From the NCBI GenBank assembly GCA_002269645.1, contig NIVC01001452.1, positions 1 through 32,262 of the forward strand: DNA of 32,262 bases, read 5' to 3'. This DNA comes from Macrostomum lignano (Eukaryota). Within the stretch, counting starts at the first letter, position 1. Every line of letters begins with the position of its first letter. Made by a program: the position numbers and the translations under genes. Shown here piece by piece: positions 23,133 to 31,544 of the stretch. Below the pieces are notes generated by a model. The model was not told the origin of the DNA and did not search any database. It saw only the letters and a list, made by a program, of their open reading frames with translations.

Positions 23133-23495
23133 ATGACAAACGGAATTTCTCGTCTTTGTTCTTGCCGTCGCGAGCTAGAGGAGCTCGGTGACGCGCGACC
23201 ACATCGAAGGAGGGCCATTATTAGGGGAGCCGATAATGAGTTGATGCAGTGTCTGTGCGAGTTAAGTCACAATGTACTCAAGGGCAATATCGATCTATCC
23301 CCTAGACAGTTTGCAAGGTTGAAACGTTATAGAGAAGCCCTGCATGACATGGCCGACAAAAAACTGTCTATAAATAGGAAGAAGAATATGATACTATCGG
23401 ACCCTCAAGTTGGAGGATTCCTACCAATTCTCGCCAAGATTGCTGCTCCGTTAATCACTGGACTGTTTGGTGGTCTGCTAGGACAACGACGTTGA
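23133..23495 (+). CDS. Conserved Maverick core/pX-like protein with C-terminal GG|FLP amphipathic peptide
   Basis: LMQCLCELSHNVLKGNIDLS...RLKRYR...L...K and QVGGFLPILAKIAAPLITGLFGG are typical of this small Maverick protein. The tail resembles adenovirus pX. Confidence 0.8.
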   Translation: MTNGISRLCSCRRELEELGDARPHRRRAIIRGADNELMQCLCELSHNVLKGNIDLSPRQFARLKRYREALHDMADKKLSINRKKNMILSDPQVGGFLPILAKIAAPLITGLFGGLLGQRR

Positions 23496-23497
23496 AA

Positions 23498-24124
23498 ATG
23501 GACAAGTACGTTGTGGTCCCCGAGGAGGAATTCAATCAGCTTAGACAGGGTACTCCGCGAGAAATTGCCCCAAAATCGGAGTACGAAAAACTTGTAGAGT
23601 ACAATGCAAAGCTACAGACCCAATTGGCTAAAGTAAAACCCCAAAAGACGACAAAGCAGCTATTTTCTGATAGGCAACAACGTATATGGAATATACTAAC
23701 AGAAAAGCACCCCAGCCTAAATTACAACCAATCGTGGGAAGTCGTTTTTGATGGTGAAACTTGGGGTGGCAGCAACGTTTTTGATCTTCTACAAGCCGTC
23801 ACCACCAACACTAATAATCACCCGAAATATTCAACCGCTTTCTGGGCTCTGCTAGACAAGGCCCGTATACCAATGTCTATGCTCGGTCGGAAACAGCTCC
23901 CTGTGGAGGAAAAGAAGGTTGACCATTTGGTTGGTACCGACGATTACCGCGATGAATATGAGCACACAATTGCGACAGACACCCGCGATTTAACGACCAC
24001 GCGCAACAAAGGTGTAAATGCTATGCCCAAACTTGTGGATCAAGGTACCGGGGTGGGTAAATATCACGATTACCAACTAAGACCACCCGAGAAAAAGAAA
24101 AAATACGTGACTCTTTATAAATAG
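23498..24124 (+). CDS. Conserved Maverick hypothetical protein (~208 aa)
   Basis: MDKYVVVPEEEF start and WEVVFDGETWGGSNVFDLL...FWALL...IPMSMLG match a recurrent Maverick ORF found before the integrase. Confidence 0.75.
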   Translation: MDKYVVVPEEEFNQLRQGTPREIAPKSEYEKLVEYNAKLQTQLAKVKPQKTTKQLFSDRQQRIWNILTEKHPSLNYNQSWEVVFDGETWGGSNVFDLLQAVTTNTNNHPKYSTAFWALLDKARIPMSMLGRKQLPVEEKKVDHLVGTDDYRDEYEHTIATDTRDLTTTRNKGVNAMPKLVDQGTGVGKYHDYQLRPPEKKKKYVTLYK

Positions 24125-24160
24125 AACCCTATTCCAAACATAACCGCGCGCCTGGCGGTC

Positions 24161-24439
24161 ATGGGCGCAGCAGCCGCCGCGTCAAAGCTTTGTGTAGACA
24201 ACTCCCCAGCCGACATTACGTGCAACTATTCATGCTGTGCATCCACACTTGTTGTCAATGAGGGCTCTAACCGCTCTTCGTCGAGTTTACGAACAAGGAG
24301 CCGCCGCTTTTTCAAATGCTGCCCGTGTCTATCAGGAGGCCAAACGTCTGGCGCCAAACCTGACAAGACGCCAAACCAGGGAATGGCTAGAAACCCAACC
24401 GAGTTACACCCGTCACCGGAGAGTCAACAGGACATTTAA
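24161..24439 (+). CDS. Small MG-starting Cys-rich ORF overlapping the integrase start
   Basis: The ATG is the first one after TATAAATA at 24116 (45 nt). Sequence MGAAAAASKLCVDNSPADITCNYSCC. The 3' part overlaps the integrase in another frame. Confidence 0.4.
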   Translation: MGAAAAASKLCVDNSPADITCNYSCCASTLVVNEGSNRSSSSLRTRSRRFFKCCPCLSGGQTSGAKPDKTPNQGMARNPTELHPSPESQQDI

Positions 24440-25336
24440 AACGGGAAAAGTAATGTCGGGAGGATTCATGGAAACTCTACAAGCCGATTTGATGGACATG
24501 TCGCGATACAAACGTTGGAATGACGGACATAAATATATACTAGTTGTTATTGATGTGCTTAGTAAGCAGGCTTTTTGTAGGGCAATTAAACTAAAGAGTG
24601 ATACCCCCGCAGCGTTTGAGTCAATGTTGGCGAATGATTTCCCTGCCCGCCCCCTTTACCTTCACGTGGATCGGGGTACCGAGTTTTATAATCAGCGAAT
24701 GCGCCGCATACTAAAAGACAATAATGTTAAAATGTACAGCACCAACTCTGTGTACAAGGCAAACATGGCCGAGAGGCTGATTAGAACTCTTCGAAAGCGT
24801 CTGGCTCGCTACTTTGAGCACAACAACACGTGGCGTTGGGTTGACTACTTACCTAATTTGGTAGGCAATTACAACAACACGACGCATTCTACTATTGAGA
24901 TGAAACCGTCAAGTGTAGGGTTCCACAATCAGAAGCGTGTGTGGGAAAAGCTCTACCCGGATCAGCAAAAAGACGACCCGTATATAAAAAGGGGGATTTT
25001 GTGAGAATTTCGAAATCTCGCAGGGCATTCGACAAGGAGGCGTACGACATGTATAGTGAGGAGGTGTACATTATATCCAAAGTTTGCCCTGGACCCCCAC
25101 ATTTTTATCGTATTTCTGATTTGTCTGGTGAAGTGATTGAGGGACGGTTTTACTACAATGAACTGTCCAAATCTACCCGACCCGAGCGTTTTGTAATCAA
25201 TAAAGTTTTGCGTAGAAACGTGTTAATAAATGGTGTTGCGCACCATTACGTTAGCTGGCGCGGTTATCCCGACACTTTTAATTCATTTGTACCTGTAAAT
25301 GAAGTTATAAATATACGTCAACGTAATAATAACTAA
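24258..25336 (+). CDS. int: Retroviral-like DDE integrase with C-terminal chromodomain (one -1 frameshift near 24967-24971)
   Basis: Catalytic triad in LQADLMDM, LHVDRGTEF and NMAERLIRTLR. The second frame gives YKKGDFVRISK...YSEEVYII...EGRFYYNEL and a chromo-like VLRR...YVSWRGYPDTFNSFV. One extra A in the A5 run joins the frames. Confidence 0.93.
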
Positions 25337-25348
25337 TGCGTGGCTACC

Positions 25349-26479
25349 ATGCATCTCTTTCTGCCTAGCAATGCGTGCCCCGAGCACTATCCCGAAAATA
25401 ATCCGGCTCATTATTTTATTAATTTACCGGACACTCTCCACTTTCCGAATCATGAGGTTTGCCTCGAACGGATCTACTTTACCAAAGAATTTGAATCTTT
25501 CAAAAAATCTATACCGATCACCATTCGCGAACAGGAGGGCCTCTTGACGGCTTCGTCGTTTGCAAGCCTTTGTCTCGCAGCGGGTCTGAAAACCCCTGAA
25601 GAATGTATTTCCGGCTTTCTAAACGGTATCCGATACGTTGAAGGGGATAATAAGAAAATTGTCTTTTTAAGAACATCCCCAACCGCCTTTATGATTGTGA
25701 ATACTTCAAAATCCACCGTCGGCATCAAATTCCCGGATGCCCTACCCAAGGTGTTTAAACTAGTCGCCGGCTTCGAGTCTAATGAGGATCTACCTACTGA
25801 ACTCGTATTACACGCGGGGTGTGCAGCCTCCATCACCGCAGTTGTTGAGGAACCGACTGTACAGTCAATGGACCACGCTCCAATAATAAGACAAGTTACT
25901 AGCGCAGCGTCTGATCAAATCTATTTTATGCAGGGTGGATACTATAGTACACCTAAAAGATTGGTGGAGGAACTCAACGATTTAATTTGGAAACGGATCA
26001 AAGATCTCATAGCGGCTCCAGCACCTAGAAAGGACTTTTTCGGATACAGCGAAGTTACGAATAGGTGTTATTACATTGGCTCGGTGGATTACATGTTTGG
26101 GTTGGGGCGCTTGACCAGCGTGCTTGGTTTCCCAGAGCATGATTATACAACCCCATTTTTCGGTATATCGGATTTCTACGCAAACGCATCAATGGAATTA
26201 ACCGGTGGAATACAAACAATGTACATCTATTCGAGCATAGTCGATTCTGTTATTGTAGGAGACGTTAAAGTTCCTCTGTTGGGAGCTATACCGATGGATC
26301 CCAAAGTTCAGGGCGGTCGCGAGTACTACGAGTTTGTCAATCCGGCATATCTACCGCTGGTTAAGCACCCATTCAAAACTATTGAAGTACAAATTAACGA
26401 TGATATGGGCAGGGATATGACAAAAGTAATGAGGGGCAAGACCGTCTTGAGCGTTAACATCCGCGAAAAGAAGCTATAA
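25349..26479 (+). CDS. Minor capsid protein (penton-like)
   Basis: N-terminal LFLPSN...YPENNPAHYFINLP...EVCLERIYF and C-terminal MYIYSSIVDSVIVGDVKVPLL...YLPL...FKTIEVQINDDMG are characteristic of Maverick minor capsids. Confidence 0.85.
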   Translation: MHLFLPSNACPEHYPENNPAHYFINLPDTLHFPNHEVCLERIYFTKEFESFKKSIPITIREQEGLLTASSFASLCLAAGLKTPEECISGFLNGIRYVEGDNKKIVFLRTSPTAFMIVNTSKSTVGIKFPDALPKVFKLVAGFESNEDLPTELVLHAGCAASITAVVEEPTVQSMDHAPIIRQVTSAASDQIYFMQGGYYSTPKRLVEELNDLIWKRIKDLIAAPAPRKDFFGYSEVTNRCYYIGSVDYMFGLGRLTSVLGFPEHDYTTPFFGISDFYANASMELTGGIQTMYIYSSIVDSVIVGDVKVPLLGAIPMDPKVQGGREYYEFVNPAYLPLVKHPFKTIEVQINDDMGRDMTKVMRGKTVLSVNIREKKL

Positions 26480-26522
26480 ATAAACAGCACAGCCTCAGTA
26501 AACTATATCCTAGTGCTTAATC

Positions 26523-26867
26523 ATGCCTTCTATTCTGATTGGTGGAGCTTTGCCTGTTTTCGCGGGCGCCCAGAGGGGCAACGGTTTGTTTGGAAGCATT
26601 GCCCGCTTCGCGCTGCCAATTCTAAAGAGTTTTGGTAAAAACGTTCTCCGTCATGGTACTAGAGCCCTAGCAACTACTGTTAACGATAGCCTCGAGCAAG
26701 GAGGCAATTTGAAGGAGTCTGTCCTGCGCAATTCTGTTCAGGCTGCCAAGGACGCCTTTAAAGACACGGTTACCCAAAGGGGTAGCGGACGAAGAAGAAA
26801 AAAGGCTCCGAAGCGTCTCAATTCAGACATTTTCAGCACTATAAATAAAAAGCCCCGCTTCAATTAG
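26523..26867 (+). CDS. Basic core/membrane-lytic precursor protein with QRGxG protease sites
   Basis: QRGNG followed by the amphipathic LFGSIARFALPILKSFGKNVLRHG, and QRGSG followed by RRRKK. Typical Maverick core protein located before the MCP. Confidence 0.8.
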   Translation: MPSILIGGALPVFAGAQRGNGLFGSIARFALPILKSFGKNVLRHGTRALATTVNDSLEQGGNLKESVLRNSVQAAKDAFKDTVTQRGSGRRRKKAPKRLNSDIFSTINKKPRFN

Positions 26868-26896
26868 ATTCGCCGAATCGAGTCTGTCTACTAAAC

Positions 26897-28180
26897 ATGT
26901 CCGAGTGTCTGTGTACAAAGTCCGAGTTTGAGCTCTTTGCCCCTCGAGCCCACCAGATTGCCGCTGTAGGTTCAACTACTGAAGAAATCCACCCGGTTGC
27001 CAGCGTCGAAAATGCGAGTGTGGTTGAGTTTAGAATTGTGGGCGGCGAGACGTTTGTCGATCTTAATGACATTGATCTCGAGATTAAAGGTTGTATTAAA
27101 AGAGCTAATGGAGCCGATTTGGCGGCGGATTCAAACGTGGCGCCAATCAATTACCTCTTGGAGACCATGTTCAAAAACGTGTCTCTTTCCATAAATGGTA
27201 CACATATCGAGTCTAGCAACAACAACCATGCCTACAAGGCGTACATTCGTACATGCTTGAGTTATGGGTCTGATTCAAAGTCTAACCAACTGCGGATGAT
27301 GGGCTACGCTAAAGACGCTGGGGGTCAAATGGCTGCGGTTGGAAATCCTGGCTTTGTAACTCGCAAGGCGATGGCTGCCGGTTCTCGAACATTTCACCTG
27401 TATGGCCCTCTTAGTCTCGACTTTTTTGTCACCAACGATCGTATGCTGCTACCCTACACTGATATGGTGGTTACGCTCACTCTGCAAAATTCGGGATTCG
27501 TTGTAGAGAATCACGCCGAAGGGGTTGATGCAAAGTTGGTTCTTCAAAGTGCAAAATTACACGTTCGTCGGGTAAAGGCTAACCCCCAACTGGCCTTGGA
27601 GATTGAAGAACAGCTGGCAACTCAGAATGCAGTCTACCCCATCGAGCGCCTCGTTGTACACAACACCTCTGTCGCTGTAGGAGTTCGCGACGTGTCAATC
27701 AATAATATTTTCCCGGAGCAGAAGCCTAAACTTGTCATTATGGGGATGGTAAATAGTGCCGCATATAACGGGGTGGCTACCCATAATCCGTTCAATTTCG
27801 AGCCATTTGGGGCTGACAGTGTGGCCCTGTACAAGGACGGTGTCAGTCTGTGCGGTCAACCATTCACTCCAAGGTTCGCTGCCCAAAACTATGCTCGCGA
27901 ATACGCCATGCTGTTTAAGAGCCTAGGGAAAATGAATCGCGATTTGGACATTGACCTGTCATATTCGGATTATCGCGCCGGTTACTGCTTATTTGCGTGG
28001 AATCTAATGCCCGATATGGAACTGGGTGGACATAGCATGCCTCGCGAGAGAGGGAATCTGACCCTACAGATAAAGTTTTCTGCAGCCCTACCTGCCGGGA
28101 TTAACGTTTTGGTGTTTGGTTACTTTGACAACGCGGTGCAAATCACTAGAGGCCGCCAGCCCATTCTGGACTACGTATGA
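26897..28180 (+). CDS. Major capsid protein (double jelly-roll, PY type), 427 aa
   Basis: CTKSEFELF...IHPVAS...VEFRI...FVDL...APINYLLETMFKNVSLSING, then NPFNFEPF and GYCLFAWNLMPD...GNLTLQIKFSAALP match the Maverick MCP pattern. Confidence 0.93.
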   Translation: MSECLCTKSEFELFAPRAHQIAAVGSTTEEIHPVASVENASVVEFRIVGGETFVDLNDIDLEIKGCIKRANGADLAADSNVAPINYLLETMFKNVSLSINGTHIESSNNNHAYKAYIRTCLSYGSDSKSNQLRMMGYAKDAGGQMAAVGNPGFVTRKAMAAGSRTFHLYGPLSLDFFVTNDRMLLPYTDMVVTLTLQNSGFVVENHAEGVDAKLVLQSAKLHVRRVKANPQLALEIEEQLATQNAVYPIERLVVHNTSVAVGVRDVSINNIFPEQKPKLVIMGMVNSAAYNGVATHNPFNFEPFGADSVALYKDGVSLCGQPFTPRFAAQNYAREYAMLFKSLGKMNRDLDIDLSYSDYRAGYCLFAWNLMPDMELGGHSMPRERGNLTLQIKFSAALPAGINVLVFGYFDNAVQITRGRQPILDYV

Positions 28181-28614
28181 ACACGTTGGAAATTTTGGAG
28201 TGTTTAAAACTACCTGTGGAAGTGCACGTTTGCCCTCTCGACAGAATTCCTGCACCTGTTTACCCTGCTGCATATGTAATTAATTTTGACACGGGTAATC
28301 TGCCAGGCACCCACTGGGGACTGATTTGCCTACACGATGATAAGAGTGTGACATTTTTTGACCCTCTGTGTATTGAACCCGTGCCGGAATTGCTCTCGGC
28401 TTGGATCTCGAAGCATGTACATTCACCTGTTGCTATGAATCGCCACCCTGTTCAACACCCTCTAAGTGTAGCGTGTGGGCCGCATGTGATTTTTGTGGCC
28501 GAAAAGCACTTTTTAGAGGGGTTGTCGATTGAAAAGATTTTAAGGGAATGTTACTCTACCAATCTGCTTGAAAATGATTTGATGGTTCGAAAACATGTTC
28601 TACAAATAAAATAG
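28177..28614 (+). CDS. Adenain-like cysteine protease
   Basis: Catalytic residues in INFDTGNLPGTHW (His), FFDP (Asp), VQH (Gln) and ACG (Cys). Confidence 0.93.
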   Translation: MNTLEILECLKLPVEVHVCPLDRIPAPVYPAAYVINFDTGNLPGTHWGLICLHDDKSVTFFDPLCIEPVPELLSAWISKHVHSPVAMNRHPVQHPLSVACGPHVIFVAEKHFLEGLSIEKILRECYSTNLLENDLMVRKHVLQIK

Positions 28615-28648
28615 TTTTTAATATTTGGAGTGTCAACTCGCCCTGAAA

Positions 28649-29278
28649 ATGTACCAAACAATTGATCCTGACGCTCTAAAGTTTGCTCCAAATACTTCGG
28701 CGATTTTTGCTGGTGTTAACCAGAGCGGAAAAACAACTCTTGTTAAAGAATTGCTGCGAAACGAGTTTTTTCAGGACCCTAAGCCTGTTCGCGTTGATTG
28801 GTTTGGGCACTATCCAGACCCGGAACTGTTTGAATTACCGTACCCTGTCAATTTTCGCTCGTCTACATTTAACCCTGAAACCTATGTTCCCGCTCCGAAT
28901 ATTCTACTCGTTGTCGATGATCAAATGCAAGCCATGGAAAAAAACGCTGCTTTTACCGCATTTTTCACTCGCAAAGTCAGCCATGTGGGATTCCGGCTTT
29001 GGTACCTTGTACAAAACCTGTTTGCCAAGGGCAAGGAGCACCGCACTCAATCCCTTAACGCAAACTACCTTGTATTGTTCCGCAATGTACGGGACGTTAG
29101 TACAGTCGCCCATATTGCAAAGCAGCTTGTCCCCGCTAACCCAAAAAGTTTTGTTCAAATGTACGAAGACGCCACTAGGGAGCCCTACTCCTACTTGATT
29201 GTTAATTGCTTGCAGAACGCATCTGTTCGCTACTATGCTAATGTGTTGGGGCGCTACCCCGTAGTTTATGCTAAATAA
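28649..29278 (+). CDS. A32/FtsK-family genome-packaging ATPase
   Basis: Walker A GVNQSGKTT, Walker B LLVVDD, and LVQNLF...RTQSLNANYLVLFRNVRD. AATAAA at the stop. Confidence 0.93.
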   Translation: MYQTIDPDALKFAPNTSAIFAGVNQSGKTTLVKELLRNEFFQDPKPVRVDWFGHYPDPELFELPYPVNFRSSTFNPETYVPAPNILLVVDDQMQAMEKNAAFTAFFTRKVSHVGFRLWYLVQNLFAKGKEHRTQSLNANYLVLFRNVRDVSTVAHIAKQLVPANPKSFVQMYEDATREPYSYLIVNCLQNASVRYYANVLGRYPVVYAK

Positions 29279-29369
29279 AACACTGTTGGAGAGCTTTGCT
29301 CTGTTTGCCGGATGGCCTGAACCTGAAACAACTAAAATACGTGTTTTTTCTTTTCAAGTCCTCTACTGC

Positions 29370-30012
29370 CCTGGGGGAGCTCTCTATCACTCACCGCCGG
29401 TCTGTCCCTCTACCACCCCGGCCTGGGGAAGCTCTCTGTCCCTCCGTGTGACTCACACTCCCTCTCTGTCCACGCCGCGTGCTGCGACATGCCAGGGCAG
29501 CGCAGGGTGCCTCCACGCACTCTCTGTCCCAGCACCCCGTGTCTCTTTGTACCCCACCTCATACTGCTACAGGGGCCGCCTGTTATCTGTCCCTTGCTAC
29601 AGGGGGATGGCGGCTCTCCACGCACTACCCCTCCTGCTACAGGGGCTGCTCTCTGTCCCCCGCATGGGGGCCGGTTGCTCAGTGTACAGGGCTGCGTCAG
29701 CATCGGGGGTTTCCTTCCTACACTAACCGCGTGCACACGACATTGGTGGGAGGGGCGGGAATCCCCCCGCCGGATGTACACCCCGAGGGAGGCCCATGCG
29801 CTGAAGGTACACTCGCTGGACGCCCAGCCGGCCGGATGTACACTCGCGGAGGCCCACCCCGCTGGAGGTACACTCGCTGGACACCCACCCCGCTGGAGGT
29901 ACACCCCGGGGGAGGTGGTACACCCCGAGGGAGCACCTTGCCGCGGTGCTAGAGGCCGACATCAGCCCGACGGACCTTCGCAAAATCGCGCCATACGGGT
30001 TCATATAGTAGT
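29370..30012 (-). repeat. Right terminal inverted repeat (~643 bp)
   Basis: Ends CGGGTTCATATAGTAGT and is the reverse complement of the left TIR. Confidence 0.97.
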
Positions 30013-30497
30013 CACAAGTGTACATCCTCTGTGCTTTGGGGGGAGGGGGCACAGTAGCACAAGTGTACATCCTCTGTGCTTTGGGGGGAGGGGGCACAGT
30101 AGCACAAGTGTACATCCTCTATACTTTGGGGGGAGGGGGCACAGTAGCACAAGTGTACATCCTCTATACTTTGGGGGAGGGGGCACAGTAGCACAAGTGT
30201 ACATCCTCTGTGCTTTGGGGGGAGGGGGCACAGTAGCACAAGTGTACATCCTCTGTGATTTGGGGGAGGGGCACAGTAGCACAAGTGTACATCCTCTGTG
30301 CTTTGGGGGGAGGGGGCACAGAAGCACAAGTGTACATCCTCTGTGCTTTGGGGGAGGGGCACATAAGCACAAGTGTACATCCTCTGTGCTTTGGGGGGAG
30401 GGGGCACAGAAGCTCAAGTGTACATCCTCTATACTTTGGGGGGAGGGGGCACAGTAGCACAAGTGTACATCCTCTGTGCTTTGGGGGGAGGGGCACA
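30013..30497. repeat. Right TSD (CACAAG, 30013-30018) and continuation of the 45-bp satellite (~11 units)
   Basis: The same unit resumes in register right after the element. Confidence 0.97.
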
Positions 30498-30546
30498 GGT
30501 GTTAAATGTGTCTGACTCTCGACCCACGACCCTGGTTCAATTCCAC
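30490..30546 (+). mobile_element. Possible tRNA-derived SINE head
   Basis: B-box-like GGTTCAATTCC at 30534-30544, preceded by an anticodon-arm-like gactctcga. The A-box region is degenerate. Confidence 0.3.
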
Positions 30547-31164
30547 ACCCATGAGGACCAACCCCCAAGGCGCAGAGAGTGTACACCCCTGACGATTTAG
30601 AAAGTCAGGGCCGCTGTTCACCCTGTGTGAGCGTGTGTGTGAGGTGCGTGCCACTGAACACACTGTCCAAATTTGGCAGTCAAGTAGAAGAATGATTGCG
30701 CCATATAGCATGGCCCAGAGCAATTTAGACGGTTTGAGTGCGTCGGACCAATTAAGCTGTCAAAATATCAACCATTTTTTGATGAAATATTGACCCAATT
30801 GAACTATACGAGCGGGGTCTCCGAGAGCTGCTCAGACGAATTCAGTTCAGGAGCGCAATATCGGCTGTTGGAGTTCCTACTTTAAAGTACTTTTTTAGGG
30901 TTTTTGACGCGCAATTAAAGCTCGCGGTTTTTACGGTATTTTTTAATCGATGAAGCTAAATAATTGCAGCCGCAAGCTCGCTGGGGCAGTGGGTCAGCCG
31001 TTTACTTCCGCCCTTGTGCAGCGGGAGGCTGGTGCCAGCGCTAAACAAGTCGGTGGCACTGCGTCCGGGATGGAGACAATGCCAGCAGCTCAGGCCAGTG
31101 CTCACGAGGCCAGTGCTGATGGTAAATACATGGATTTATTGACTTCTGCTAGTGTATGAGCTTG

Positions 31165-31407
31165 TGAGCCTGAGACATCCTCTGAAGCCTGAAGCATGAG
31201 GCTGTGAGCCAGAGACATATTTTCTGAAGCCTGAAGCATGAGGCTGTGAGCCTGAAACATCTCTTCTGAAGCCTGAAGCATGAGGCTGTGAGCCTGAAAC
31301 ATCTCTTCTGAAGCCTGAAGCATGAGGTTGTGAGCCTGAAACATCTCTTCTGAAGCCTGAAGGATGAGGCTGTGAGCCTGAAACATCTCTTCTGAAGCCT
31401 GAAGCAT
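31165..31407. repeat. 42-bp minisatellite in KCNH intron
   Basis: About 6 copies of gaagcctgaagcatgaggctgtgagcctgaaacatctcttct. Confidence 0.95.
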
Positions 31408-31544
31408 TAGGTTCTAAACACAAGAAATCTTCTGAAGCGTCAGTTCATTGAGAATCTTGAATTTCTCGAAAATTAACAATCGTGAAAGGAACTCATAAAT
31501 TCGAGCTATCAACTTCAGTTTTTTTCTACCCCACCTTTGATCAG

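Larger units (their letters stand above)
19497..30012 (+). mobile_element. Maverick/Polinton (adintovirus-like) endogenous element, 10,516 bp, lacking pPolB
   Basis: Long TIRs, 6-bp TSD, DDE integrase with chromodomain, double-jelly-roll major capsid, minor capsid, adenain protease and A32/FtsK-type ATPase. All recognised genes are on the + strand. No polymerase motifs and no room for a pPolB ORF. Confidence 0.96.

Noticed and set aside
24967-24995. Programmed -1 ribosomal frameshift in the integrase
   Set aside because: No in-frame canonical slippery heptamer, and homopolymer errors elsewhere in the window give a simpler explanation.
20254-29198. Antisense and alternate-frame ORFs within the element (for example 20871-21290, 25474-25836, 28683-29198) as a hidden polymerase
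   Set aside because: All are under 200 aa, overlap well-supported genes and have no PolB exonuclease or polymerase motifs.
30584-30612. CTGACGA...GAAAGTC resembling a second hammerhead
   Set aside because: No stem II and stem I does not pair correctly; it is better explained as a simple CCCTGAC/GTCAGGG hairpin.
30972-31131. Possible extra KCNH exon (acceptor TTGCAG, donor GTAAAT)
   Set aside because: Entry and exit phases do not both fit the phase-1 junctions of the flanking exons, and there is no family motif. It cannot be called without transcripts.
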